Part shown: piece after piece, positions 41,907 through 50,867 of the stretch
How the letters are laid out: each line of letters opens with the position of its first letter
Numbering within the stretch: the stretch's first letter is position 1
Assembly (NCBI GenBank): GCA_004356985.1
Contig: SMXQ01000078.1
Location: 593-64,592 of the forward strand
Direction of reading: 5' to 3'
Source of the DNA: Alphaproteobacteria bacterium
GTDB taxonomy: Bacteria > Pseudomonadota > Alphaproteobacteria > SMXQ01
Length of the DNA stretch: 64,000 nt
Made by a program: the position numbers and the translations under genes
Notes under the pieces: model-generated
What the model saw: only the letters and a program-made list of their open reading frames with translations
What the model was told of the DNA's origin: nothing
Database searches by the model: none

Positions 41907-43007
41907 ATGAACCCCAAATCCTTTCTCGCGCTCCTGGTGGTGACCATCGCCGCCGCCGCCGCCGCCGCCGCCATGATCGCCTCGCGCGACACCGGCACCG
42001 GCGTGCGCGGCGAAGGGACGGTGATGTTTCCCGGTCTCATCGGCAAGGTCAACGACGTGCGCCGGGTCAAGGTCACGCGGGGAACCGGCACGTCGACCCT
42101 GGTGGCTTCGACAAAAGACGGCAAGGACACCTGGAAGCTGATCGAGCTGTACGGCTATCCGGTGCCGCTGCTTTCGGTCCGCGCGGTGGCGGCGGGAATG
42201 GCCCAGGTCGCCCGCATCGAAGCCAAGACCACGCGGCCCGCCAATTACGCCAAGATCAGGGTCGAGGATCCCAAGGGCAAGGGCTCGCGCTCGGCCCGGG
42301 TGGAGCTGTTCGGCAGATCCGGCGAAAAGCTCGCCGATCTCATCGTCGGCATGGAGAAGCTCTCGCTCGGCGGCTTGGGCCAGCTTTATGTCCGCCGGCC
42401 CGGCGAGCAACGGGCCTGGCTCGCCCGGGGCAAGATCGCGGTGCCCGAAAAGCGCGCCGGCTGGGTCGATCAGATGATCGTCGAGATCGACCTCCCCCGG
42501 GTCCGCGAAACGACCCTGTTCACCACCGGCGATAAGCCGTTGCGGATCTTCAAGAAGGCCGAACGGGACCAGGATTTCATCGTCGAGGGCATGTCCGAGG
42601 ACCATGAGCTGAAAGAGCTGTTCGGCGCCGAGGACATATCCCGGTCGATCCAGAACCTGGCCTTCGAGGAAGTGCGCCCGGCCAAGGAAATCGGCATCGG
42701 CGTCACCGGGACGCCCCGGGTCCGCCATGTCACCTTCGACGGGCTGATCATCGAGGGCTGGATGAAGACGGTGGGCAAGAAGCGTTGGTTCACCTTCCGC
42801 GCCCGGCCCAACCCGGCACCGCTCGAGGGCGAAAAAGTCGAGGCGGCCAAGATCGCCGAGGAAGTGGCCAAGATCAGCCGCGTCAACGGCGGCTGGGCCT
42901 ATACCATTTCCAAGTTCGAGACCAAGAACATGTTCAAGACCCTGGACTCGTTGATCCAGCTCAAACCGGGCGCCAAGCCGGCCCCGGCCGACAACGGCGG
43001 CAAGTAG
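41907..43007 (+). CDS. DUF4340-domain protein, the usual partner of GldG-like proteins.
   Basis: 366 aa. N-terminal anchor MNPKSFLALLVVTIAAAAAAAAMIA. Sits immediately downstream of the GldG-like gene. Confidence 0.65.
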   Translation: MNPKSFLALLVVTIAAAAAAAAMIASRDTGTGVRGEGTVMFPGLIGKVNDVRRVKVTRGTGTSTLVASTKDGKDTWKLIELYGYPVPLLSVRAVAAGMAQVARIEAKTTRPANYAKIRVEDPKGKGSRSARVELFGRSGEKLADLIVGMEKLSLGGLGQLYVRRPGEQRAWLARGKIAVPEKRAGWVDQMIVEIDLPRVRETTLFTTGDKPLRIFKKAERDQDFIVEGMSEDHELKELFGAEDISRSIQNLAFEEVRPAKEIGIGVTGTPRVRHVTFDGLIIEGWMKTVGKKRWFTFRARPNPAPLEGEKVEAAKIAEEVAKISRVNGGWAYTISKFETKNMFKTLDSLIQLKPGAKPAPADNGGK

Positions 43008-43151
43008 CCCCCCGGATCGGCGCGGCGATCCGTCGCCGTAGACAACCCGCCCTATTATCCGCTATCACCCCACAGCCGGGACCGCGGGCTCTGCCCGGCG
43101 AGCGGATGACACGCCCCGCGAGGGCCAAGAAAAAAGGAAGTGGACGGCCTC

Positions 43152-43532
43152 ATGAACCAAGGCGAGCGCGGCCCCAAGCTGCTGTACGACCCCCATATCT
43201 TCGTCTGCCTGGACGACAAGGGCGCCGAGCCGGGGCGCGGATGCTGCGCCGATCGGGGGGTGATGGAGTTGTTCACCCACATGCGCGGCTATGCCAAGCA
43301 GAACGGGGTGACCGGCATCCGCATCAACCGGTCGAATTGCCTCGACCGCTGCGAACTCGGCCCCATCATGGTGGTCTACCCCGAGGGCACCTGGTACGCG
43401 GTCCGCACCAAGGAAGACGCCGAAGAAATCGTCCGCAGCCACATTATCGAGGGCCGCCGCGTGGACCGGCTGGTTGTCCGGCCCTCCGACTGCGTGGCCG
43501 GCGACCTGGCCTTAGCGGAAAAAACCGAATAA
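43152..43532 (+). CDS. Thioredoxin-like [2Fe-2S] ferredoxin.
   Basis: Four Cys ligands in VCLDD, GCCADRG and NCLDRCELGP, the Trx-like ferredoxin pattern. AAGGAAG RBS about 11 nt upstream of ATG 43152. The track start at 43140 is GTG. Confidence 0.75.
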   Translation: MNQGERGPKLLYDPHIFVCLDDKGAEPGRGCCADRGVMELFTHMRGYAKQNGVTGIRINRSNCLDRCELGPIMVVYPEGTWYAVRTKEDAEEIVRSHIIEGRRVDRLVVRPSDCVAGDLALAEKTE

Positions 43533-43607
43533 GCCGCGCCGGGCGGACATCGATTCAAGATCACGCCCCGCGCGGCAGGGGGGCGCGTCACAGGAGACAA
43601 CGGACAC

Positions 43608-44921
43608 ATGGCGTCCCAGCCCAAGAACACGGAACTCTTCCTCGAGGCCCATATTCTCTGCTGCTGCAACCAGCGGCCCGAAGGCCATCCGCGCAGTTGC
43701 TGCGCCGACCGCGGCGGCCGGGAGCTCATGGAGACCATCGCCAGACGCATCGCCGAATCCGGCCTGGACAACGTCACCGTCACCGAGGCCGGGTGCATGG
43801 AACGCTGCGAGCTGGGCCCGACCATGGTGATCTATCCCGACGCGGTCTGGTACTCCTACGCCAACCAGGACGACATCGACGAAATCATCGAGAGCCACCT
43901 CAAGGGCGGCCGGCCGGTCGATCGCCTGGTGCTGGACCCCGACCAGAAGCTCCCCAACCCCAAGACCGTGGATCTTCTCGAGGTCACGGTCACCGCCGTC
44001 AAGGACGAGACCGCCGACATCAAATCCCTGGTGTTGGCAGCGCCCGACGGCGCACCGCTTCCCGCTTTCGACGCCGGGGCCCATATCGACGTGATGACCG
44101 GCAACGGCATGCGGCGGTCGTACTCCATCGCGTCCGACCCCGCCGACCCAACGAGCTATCTCCTGGGGGTGCTGCGGGAACCGGAAAGCCGCGGCGGGTC
44201 GACCTGGATTCACGACACGCTCAGGGCCGGGGACAGCCTCAAGATCACCAAGCCGCTGAACAACTTCCCGCTCGCCGAGAACGCGCGAAAGCACATCCTG
44301 ATCGCCGGCGGGATCGGCATCACCCCGGTGCTCGCCATGGCCCGGACCCTCGCCGCCGGCGATGCCGATTTCGAACTCCATTACTGCACCCGGACCCCGG
44401 AAGGCACGGGTTTCAGGCGCGAAGTGGAGGCCATCGCCGGCGACCATCTCAGCTATCATCACGACGGCGGGGACCCGTCCCGGGGCATCGAGCTCGATGC
44501 GGTCTTGGGCGGATGTCCGGCGGGCACCCATGTCTACGTCTGCGGCCCCAGGCCGCTGATCGAAGCGGTCCGCGCGGCGGCGGCCGGGTGGCCCGAGAAC
44601 CACGTCCATTTCGAGCTGTTCTCGGCGCCGCCGGACCGCGATTGGCACAACGAACCCTTCGAAATCTACCTCTCGCGCCGGCGCATGGACCTCACCGTGC
44701 CGGCCGACCGCACGATCTTGGAAGTGGTCCGCGAAGCCGGCGTATTCGCCGATTCATCGTGCGAACAGGGATTGTGCTCGACCTGCCAGGTGCGGGTGAT
44801 CTCGGGCGAGGTCGAGCATCGCGACCAGGTCCTGACCGCCGAGGATAAAGCCAAGGGGGAGACCATGATGATGTGCGTTTCCCGGGGCTTGCCGGGGGAC
44901 AAGCTGGTCATCGATATCTGA
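43608..44921 (+). CDS. Three-domain oxidoreductase: N-terminal Trx-like [2Fe-2S] ferredoxin (paralogue of the upstream gene), PDR/VanB-type flavin/NAD(P)H reductase, and C-terminal plant-type [2Fe-2S] ferredoxin.
   Basis: N-terminal 110 aa aligns with the upstream Fd (SCCADRG, GCMERCELGP, RPVDRLVL). Middle has the RSYS flavin motif and GGIGITP NAD(P) motif. The C-terminus has the C-x4-C-x2-C-x(n)-C pattern (SSCEQGLCSTCQV...MMMCVS). Confidence 0.8.
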   Translation: MASQPKNTELFLEAHILCCCNQRPEGHPRSCCADRGGRELMETIARRIAESGLDNVTVTEAGCMERCELGPTMVIYPDAVWYSYANQDDIDEIIESHLKGGRPVDRLVLDPDQKLPNPKTVDLLEVTVTAVKDETADIKSLVLAAPDGAPLPAFDAGAHIDVMTGNGMRRSYSIASDPADPTSYLLGVLREPESRGGSTWIHDTLRAGDSLKITKPLNNFPLAENARKHILIAGGIGITPVLAMARTLAAGDADFELHYCTRTPEGTGFRREVEAIAGDHLSYHHDGGDPSRGIELDAVLGGCPAGTHVYVCGPRPLIEAVRAAAAGWPENHVHFELFSAPPDRDWHNEPFEIYLSRRRMDLTVPADRTILEVVREAGVFADSSCEQGLCSTCQVRVISGEVEHRDQVLTAEDKAKGETMMMCVSRGLPGDKLVIDI

Positions 44922-44934
44922 CGGCGACCGGCGT

Positions 44935-45669
44935 TCAGCTCACGCTATTGAAATAGTGGCAATCGGTGGAATTGACCCAGGTGGTCCGGAGCTCGATGGG
45001 CTTGCCGTCGAGGCCGAAGGAGATGCGCAGGATTTGCAGCAGGGGCGCGCCCATCTCTACTTCAAGCGCTTCCGCCGCTTGGCTTTCGGCGGCCACCGCC
45101 GAGAGCCACTCTTCCGCCCGCGCCGCGAGGACCCCGTATTCCTTCTCCATGATCACATAGGTGTTGGCCCGGGGATTTTTATCCAAATGATCGACGAAAC
45201 CGGGGAAGACGTCGTTCACCAGGACGATTTCGTCGCGCAGGACCGGCGCGCCGTTGATGGCCCGCACCCGGTAAATGCGGACCACTTCGGATTCCGGTCC
45301 GATATGCAGGGCCTCTTGCTCGGGCTGGGACGCCGAGGCCACCACATGGCGGACGGAGACGTTGACCCTCTCGGCCAACGGCTTGTGGCTGGCGTCGGTC
45401 ATGGAAAAGAAATGAACCGGTTGTTCGGCGCCCCGGGCCGCGACGAAAGTCCCCTTGCCCTGATGACGCACCACCACATGCTCGGCCGCCATCTCCTCCA
45501 GCGCCTTGCGCACGGTGCCTTGGCTTACGTTGAATTCTTCGGCGAGCTTGGCTTCGCTAGGGAGAATCCCTCCCGGCTTCCAATCGCCCGACACCACGCG
45601 TTGAAGCAGAAGCTGCTTTACCTGACGATAAAGCGGTTGAAAATCAGGGGCTTGGACCGTCTCCGACAT
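44935..45669 (-). CDS. GntR-family transcriptional regulator (HutC/UTRA subfamily).
   Basis: N-terminal winged HTH ...LPSEAKLAEEFNVSQGTVRKALEEM... and a UTRA-type C-terminal domain. Confidence 0.85.
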   Translation of the reverse strand: MSETVQAPDFQPLYRQVKQLLLQRVVSGDWKPGGILPSEAKLAEEFNVSQGTVRKALEEMAAEHVVVRHQGKGTFVAARGAEQPVHFFSMTDASHKPLAERVNVSVRHVVASASQPEQEALHIGPESEVVRIYRVRAINGAPVLRDEIVLVNDVFPGFVDHLDKNPRANTYVIMEKEYGVLAARAEEWLSAVAAESQAAEALEVEMGAPLLQILRISFGLDGKPIELRTTWVNSTDCHYFNSVS

Positions 45670-45834
45670 GCAAATCCCAGATTCAGTGGCAAATCGGCGG
45701 GCGGCATCCCAAGCACCACCCGGGAAAAAAGCTATAAATTATAAATTATCTTTAGCGCCTAAACAACATTCACCACATCTTTCACGAGGATACCACGTCC
45801 AAGGGGCGGAACAACCGCCCCGAACGGCGCCGCC

Positions 45835-46596
45835 CTAAGGCAGGTAGGCGCCCCCGGTGAGGTGGATGGTCTGGCCGGTGATATAGCGCGACTGAGGCCC
45901 GCAGAGGTGGCGGACCATGGCGGCAACCTCTTCCACCCGGCCCTTGCGCCCCACCAAGGGCCGCATGCGGGCGTGATCCTGGGCGACCTCGGAGGTGGCC
46001 CCGCGGACGGTGTCGATCAGCCCCGGAACCACGCAATTCACGGTGATGCCGTCGCCGCCGAGCTCGGTGGCCAGCCCCTTGGTGAAGCCCACCAGGCCGG
46101 ACTTCGCGGTGGTCACGTGGACCCTCTCCGACGCCCCCATGTGGGCGGTCAGCCCGCCCATGGAAATGATCGTGCCGCCGCCTTGTTTTCGCATATGGGG
46201 GATCACCGCCTTGGCACAGAGAAAGGCGCCGTCGAGGATGATGGCGGTGACCTGGTGCCATTCCTCCAGGCTCATTTCGGTGATCGCCGTGCGCAGGCGA
46301 ATGGCCGCGTTGTTGACCAGGATATCGACCCGGCCCCACCGGTCGACGACCTGGCCGACCATGGCCGCCACTGCGTCGGCATCGGTGATGTCGGCTTGGA
46401 TCACCATGGCCGCGCCGCCCTGCGCCTCGATCTCGGCCTTGGCTTCCTCGGCGGCGTCGACAGAGGTCTTGACGTTGATGGCGACCTTGGCCCCCCCGTC
46501 CACCAGGTCCAGCGCGATCGCCTTGCCGATATTGCGCGCCGCCCCGGTGATGATGGCCACCTGTCCCGCCAGCTCGTTGCTCTTTCCCGTCGCCAT
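45835..46596 (-). CDS. SDR-family oxidoreductase.
   Basis: ORF 45835..46755. Start MATGKSNELAGQVAIITGAARNIGKA at 46596 after a GGGAGA RBS. Glycine-rich motif TGAARNIG. Catalytic region ...S(x)nY...K recalled. Confidence 0.85.
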   Translation of the reverse strand: MATGKSNELAGQVAIITGAARNIGKAIALDLVDGGAKVAINVKTSVDAAEEAKAEIEAQGGAAMVIQADITDADAVAAMVGQVVDRWGRVDILVNNAAIRLRTAITEMSLEEWHQVTAIILDGAFLCAKAVIPHMRKQGGGTIISMGGLTAHMGASERVHVTTAKSGLVGFTKGLATELGGDGITVNCVVPGLIDTVRGATSEVAQDHARMRPLVGRKGRVEEVAAMVRHLCGPQSRYITGQTIHLTGGAYLP

Positions 46597-46615
46597 GTTT
46601 GGTCTCCCTGCTTTC

Positions 46616-47995
46616 TTAGTTTCGGTACGCGGCAAGGCCACCCAGGTCGGGAAGCGTCCTAAGGTCACGGCAAAACGCAAGCAGCCCGGAGATCGAATCC
46701 TCGTCCATTCCCGCGTATGCCAGATTGGCCCTGAACTTGCCGACGATGTCGGCATCGGTCATGGGTTCGCGGGTCCCGCCGCGAAGCCAGGGCTGGTTTT
46801 CCTCGACCAATGTGCCGTCCTTGAGGCGGGCCAGGATGTGGCCGGTGTAATTGACCGGGTATTCGTTGGCAGGGTCGACCTGGTAGGTGATGCGCCGGGC
46901 CAGGTCCAGGACGGCGGCATCGGCGACGCGCGTTTCGGTGAACTGGGCGAGGCCGGCATCGCCGTCGATCAGCCCTACGGCGATGCAATAGGGGCCCGAG
47001 AACTTGGCGCCGTAGGCCGATGGCGGGCGATGCTTGATGGCGAGCGGTTCCCACAACCTGTGCACCGTGCCTTCACCGACCTTGCAGGTCATGGAGTCGA
47101 TATCCTCGGCTTTGATTCCGGCCTTGCCCATGCGCACCGCGCAATCCACGTAGGGCTGGCACATGGTGCCGCAGGCATAGGGCTTGAACGACAGGCGCCC
47201 GGCCTCCCAGCGGCTGCCCAGCGCGCCGGTGAGCGGCTCGAATTCGGCCTCGATGGAAGGGGCGAAGGCGGTATAGAAGCCGTGTTCGCCCTCGAACACG
47301 CTCCGCGGCCCGGCGAACCCGGCCTCGGCCATCCCCGCCGCGCGAATCCCCGCCTGGGCCGCCCAGCCGGCATGCATGCGCTTGGTCCAGGATCCGTCGG
47401 CGAGGTATTCGATGATGCCCGACGCGCAAGACCCGGCGAGGCCGAAGGCCCGCACCAGGGCCCCTTGGTCGAGCCCCAGGGTGACCCCCGCCGCCGCCGC
47501 CGCGCCCATGGCGCCGATCACGGCGGTGGGATGGAAACCCGCGGCATGGATTCCCTTGCCCGCGACCTGGCCCATGCGGCACATCACTTCGATGCCCGCC
47601 GCCATGCCGGCGAACGCCCGGGCGCCGGAAAGGCCGCGGCTCTCGGCAAGGGCCAGGACCGCCGGCACCACCACGGCGCCCGAATGCACCGGACAGCCTT
47701 CATAGGTGTTGTCGAAATCCTCGCCATGGGCGGCGGTGCCGTTGAGCATCGCCGCCGAGGCCGCGTCCATGCCGTCGGCGCCGAGCCCCAAGGCGGTCGC
47801 CCCGCCGGCGCCGCGTTCCCAGCCCTTGGCCAAGGCGGCGACGTAATCGGTCCCCCGCGCCGCATAGGCCAGGCCGACGGTGTCGATCAGGGTGTGGGTG
47901 ACGCCGAGGACCGCGTCTTCGCTAAGCGCATGGGCATCGAGCCCGGCGAGCCAGGCGGCAAGGGTTTCCGATACGGTTGCCATGGCTTCCCTCAC
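46616..47995 (-). CDS. MmgE/PrpD-family protein (2-methylcitrate dehydratase family), paralogue A.
   Basis: 459 aa with MmgE/PrpD N- and C-terminal domain patterns. Confidence 0.8.
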   Translation of the reverse strand: MREAMATVSETLAAWLAGLDAHALSEDAVLGVTHTLIDTVGLAYAARGTDYVAALAKGWERGAGGATALGLGADGMDAASAAMLNGTAAHGEDFDNTYEGCPVHSGAVVVPAVLALAESRGLSGARAFAGMAAGIEVMCRMGQVAGKGIHAAGFHPTAVIGAMGAAAAAGVTLGLDQGALVRAFGLAGSCASGIIEYLADGSWTKRMHAGWAAQAGIRAAGMAEAGFAGPRSVFEGEHGFYTAFAPSIEAEFEPLTGALGSRWEAGRLSFKPYACGTMCQPYVDCAVRMGKAGIKAEDIDSMTCKVGEGTVHRLWEPLAIKHRPPSAYGAKFSGPYCIAVGLIDGDAGLAQFTETRVADAAVLDLARRITYQVDPANEYPVNYTGHILARLKDGTLVEENQPWLRGGTREPMTDADIVGKFRANLAYAGMDEDSISGLLAFCRDLRTLPDLGGLAAYRN

Positions 47996-49401
47996 CCGGT
48001 CTGGATGGCCCGGGCGAGATCGCCCGCATCATCCAAATCGACCACGCCCCGGGCGGCGTCGATCAGCGCCGACGTCCGCGCGGGATCGAGAATGCCGGCG
48101 ACGCAGGCGGCGGTTTTCTGTTCGAGATCGTCATCGGTCATCGGCTTGTCGGGCCCGCCCCGGTAGCGTTCGTCCGCCTCCTGTACCAGGGTCTCCCCGG
48201 ATTTCAATTCCACCTCGATGCGCGACCGGATCACGTCCATGCCCTGGGATTCGATGGCCGCATCGAGGATGCAGGTCACCCGGCCCTGAAGGTCCTGCAT
48301 GGCCGCGCCCTGGACGAATTGGTCGGTGAACTCGGCACGGCCGGCGCGGCGCGCGATGACCATCATCGACAACAGCGCCGCCATGGAAAACTTGGCCTGG
48401 AGGTGGTTCTTGGCGACCGTGTACCGGATGGGGTTGAGGATGTTGGAGCCGGCGAAGAAATCGATCTTCTTCACGTCCCCCGGCTTGACATCGTTTTCGG
48501 TCACCAATTTCAATAAAGCATCCATGGACTGGTGGGTGAGGATGCCCGATGGGTAGGGTTTGATGGAAATTCCGGGATCGACCATGGACCAGGTCCTGCC
48601 GAAACCCTGGTCGAGCTTGTCCCGGTAAACGCCGCCGCCCATGACCTCCATGAACCCCCAGGGCCCGTCCAGCGCGGCGGGATCGGCGGTGAAGCCGCGA
48701 TCCGCCAAAAGCGCCGCCGTCACCCCGTTCTCCGATGCCCGGCCCACGTGCAAAGGCTTGGTCATGGTGCCGAAATTGCACCGCAGGCCGGCGCCGAAGC
48801 TCGCCGCCATGCCGAAAGCGTGGCGCAATTTATCGCCCCCGAGGCCGGCCAGCTTGGCCGCCGCCGCCATGGCGCCGAAGGTGCCCACCGTGGCCGAGGA
48901 ATGAAAGCCCTTGCGGTAATGGTCGCTCGCCATCCATTCGGAGATTTTGCTCTCCACCTCGATGCCGGCGACGAAGGCGGTGAGGAAGTCGCGGCCACTG
49001 ATCTTTCCCAGCTTCTGGACGACCGTGAGCGCGGCGGTCAACGGCGGGATGGTGGGATGGGTCAGAAGCCCGTAAATATGCCGGGGATCGCGGGAAACCT
49101 GGGTATCGTCCCAGTCATGGGCATGACCGGCGGTGCCCAGCACGCGCGCGGCCAGCGCCGCCGGCACCTTGGCCGCACCCCGGCCGAGCACCAGGGCATC
49201 GGCCCGCCCGCCCTGGTCAACCGCGTCCGCGGCCAGGATGCGTACCGATTCCTCGGCCCCGCCGGCGACAAACAGGCCGAGACCGTCCAGCACGCAGCGC
49301 CGGGCTATGGTGAGCACGTCGGCGGGCAGATCTTCGAAGCGCACGGCCTCGATGAATTGGGCGGCGTCTTCGGTAACGTGGCCGGGTTCGTTGGTTGCCA
49401 T
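47992..49401 (-). CDS. MmgE/PrpD-family protein, paralogue B.
   Basis: ORF 47992..49482. Start MATNEPGHVTEDAAQFIEAVRF at 49401 after a GAGG RBS. Tandem with paralogue A (stop/start overlap 47992-47995). Confidence 0.8.
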   Translation of the reverse strand: MATNEPGHVTEDAAQFIEAVRFEDLPADVLTIARRCVLDGLGLFVAGGAEESVRILAADAVDQGGRADALVLGRGAAKVPAALAARVLGTAGHAHDWDDTQVSRDPRHIYGLLTHPTIPPLTAALTVVQKLGKISGRDFLTAFVAGIEVESKISEWMASDHYRKGFHSSATVGTFGAMAAAAKLAGLGGDKLRHAFGMAASFGAGLRCNFGTMTKPLHVGRASENGVTAALLADRGFTADPAALDGPWGFMEVMGGGVYRDKLDQGFGRTWSMVDPGISIKPYPSGILTHQSMDALLKLVTENDVKPGDVKKIDFFAGSNILNPIRYTVAKNHLQAKFSMAALLSMMVIARRAGRAEFTDQFVQGAAMQDLQGRVTCILDAAIESQGMDVIRSRIEVELKSGETLVQEADERYRGGPDKPMTDDDLEQKTAACVAGILDPARTSALIDAARGVVDLDDAGDLARAIQTG

Positions 49402-49543
49402 GGAGAACCTCGTGACTGACTGAACGCAAAAGCGCCCGAGAAGAAAACAAACGGCGCGCCATTGCGCAACAGAAATAAGCACCCGCCACGGCGCGCCAGA
49501 TTAAGCCAGGCGCGCATCGCGGCGGCGCCCGGCCCGGCCCAAC

Positions 49544-50785
49544 CTAGGACGGGCCCTCCAGCGCGTCGCGGATGTGCTGCTGGCGGCGCACCATCCAGGC
49601 CCAGAAAATGAGGCACAACACGGCGCCGCCGGTGACCGGCGCCGCCAGCCCCAGAAATTCCGACAACCCGCCCATGGCCAGCGCGCCCAGCGCCGGGCCG
49701 CCCCGGGCGACGATGCCGTAAGCCGCCATCACCCGGCCGCGGAATTCCGTCGCCACCGCGGTCTGCACCAGGGTCTGGGTGGACACCCCCTGCACCACGA
49801 TGGCCCAGCCGGCGACGGTCATGAGAGGCAGGGCCAGCCAGAACCCGGCAATGGTGGAGAATATGATCAAGGACACCGAAATCAACAGCAGGCTGACGGT
49901 GATGACATTGGTAAATCCCCGCGTCCCGCCGCGTTGGGTCATCCAAAAGCCCGCGCCCATGGCACCGATCCCGTGGAAAGCAAGAAGGGTGGAGTAGCCG
50001 TTGACGCCGCGGTCGAACACCGCCGAAGCGATGCCCGGCAAGAGCTCGGTGAAGGGCCGCACGAACAATGACGTCAGCATGAGGATGACCAGAGCGAGAG
50101 CGATGCCCACATGGTTGAAGGCGTAGCGCACCCCTTCCCAGGTCTCGGCCGCGATTCCGGTCTTGTTGGTCGCTGCCCTTTTGGTCGGCGTGATGTCGAT
50201 CATGAACAGGATCACCACGAACGCCACATAGCTCAACCCGTTGGCGAAGAAAGCCCAGGCCGGGCCATACCAGGCGGTGATGGCGCCGCCCAGCACCGGG
50301 CCGATGAAACGGGTGACATTGAAGACCATGGAGTTGATGGCGATGGCCGACGACAGGGCCTCGCGGCCGACGATGTTATAGACCAGGGTCATCCGCGGCG
50401 GACGGTTGAAGGCGACCACGGTGCCGCGAAACAGGGCAAAGAACAAAAGCCATTCGATGGTCGCGAAACCGGAGAAGGTGACGGCGCCAAGACCCACCGC
50501 CTGGGCGATGGCGAACATCTGGGTGATCCGCAGCAGCCTGAGCGCATCGGTCCGGTCGGTCAGCGTGCCGGCGAACAAGCCGATGGCAAAGGTGGGAAAC
50601 ATATCGGCGAAGGCGATAATGCCGAGCCAGGCGCCGGAATGGGTCAGCTTCCAGGTGAGCCAAGCCATGGCAACCCTCTGTATCCAATTTCCCGAGGTCG
50701 ACATCAGGTTGCCGAGGACGTACAGGGCGTAATTCCGGTTGCCGAAGGCCCGCCTGATATTGTCTATGCCGCGGGTGCCGATCAC
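49544..50785 (-). CDS. MFS transporter.
   Basis: 413 aa, 12 TM segments, EntS/YbdA-like. Confidence 0.8.
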   Translation of the reverse strand: MIGTRGIDNIRRAFGNRNYALYVLGNLMSTSGNWIQRVAMAWLTWKLTHSGAWLGIIAFADMFPTFAIGLFAGTLTDRTDALRLLRITQMFAIAQAVGLGAVTFSGFATIEWLLFFALFRGTVVAFNRPPRMTLVYNIVGREALSSAIAINSMVFNVTRFIGPVLGGAITAWYGPAWAFFANGLSYVAFVVILFMIDITPTKRAATNKTGIAAETWEGVRYAFNHVGIALALVILMLTSLFVRPFTELLPGIASAVFDRGVNGYSTLLAFHGIGAMGAGFWMTQRGGTRGFTNVITVSLLLISVSLIIFSTIAGFWLALPLMTVAGWAIVVQGVSTQTLVQTAVATEFRGRVMAAYGIVARGGPALGALAMGGLSEFLGLAAPVTGGAVLCLIFWAWMVRRQQHIRDALEGPS

Positions 50786-50867
50786 CTAAAGCGCGCCTCC
50801 GGGGACCACCAGGCACCGGCGCCCGGGCGGCGCTCGGCGGCGCTCATGGGCCCGGTCATGGGCCCGG

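Noticed and set aside
45995-48166. 723-aa plus-strand ORF across the SDR and PrpD genes.
   Set aside because: Antisense artefact with biased composition.
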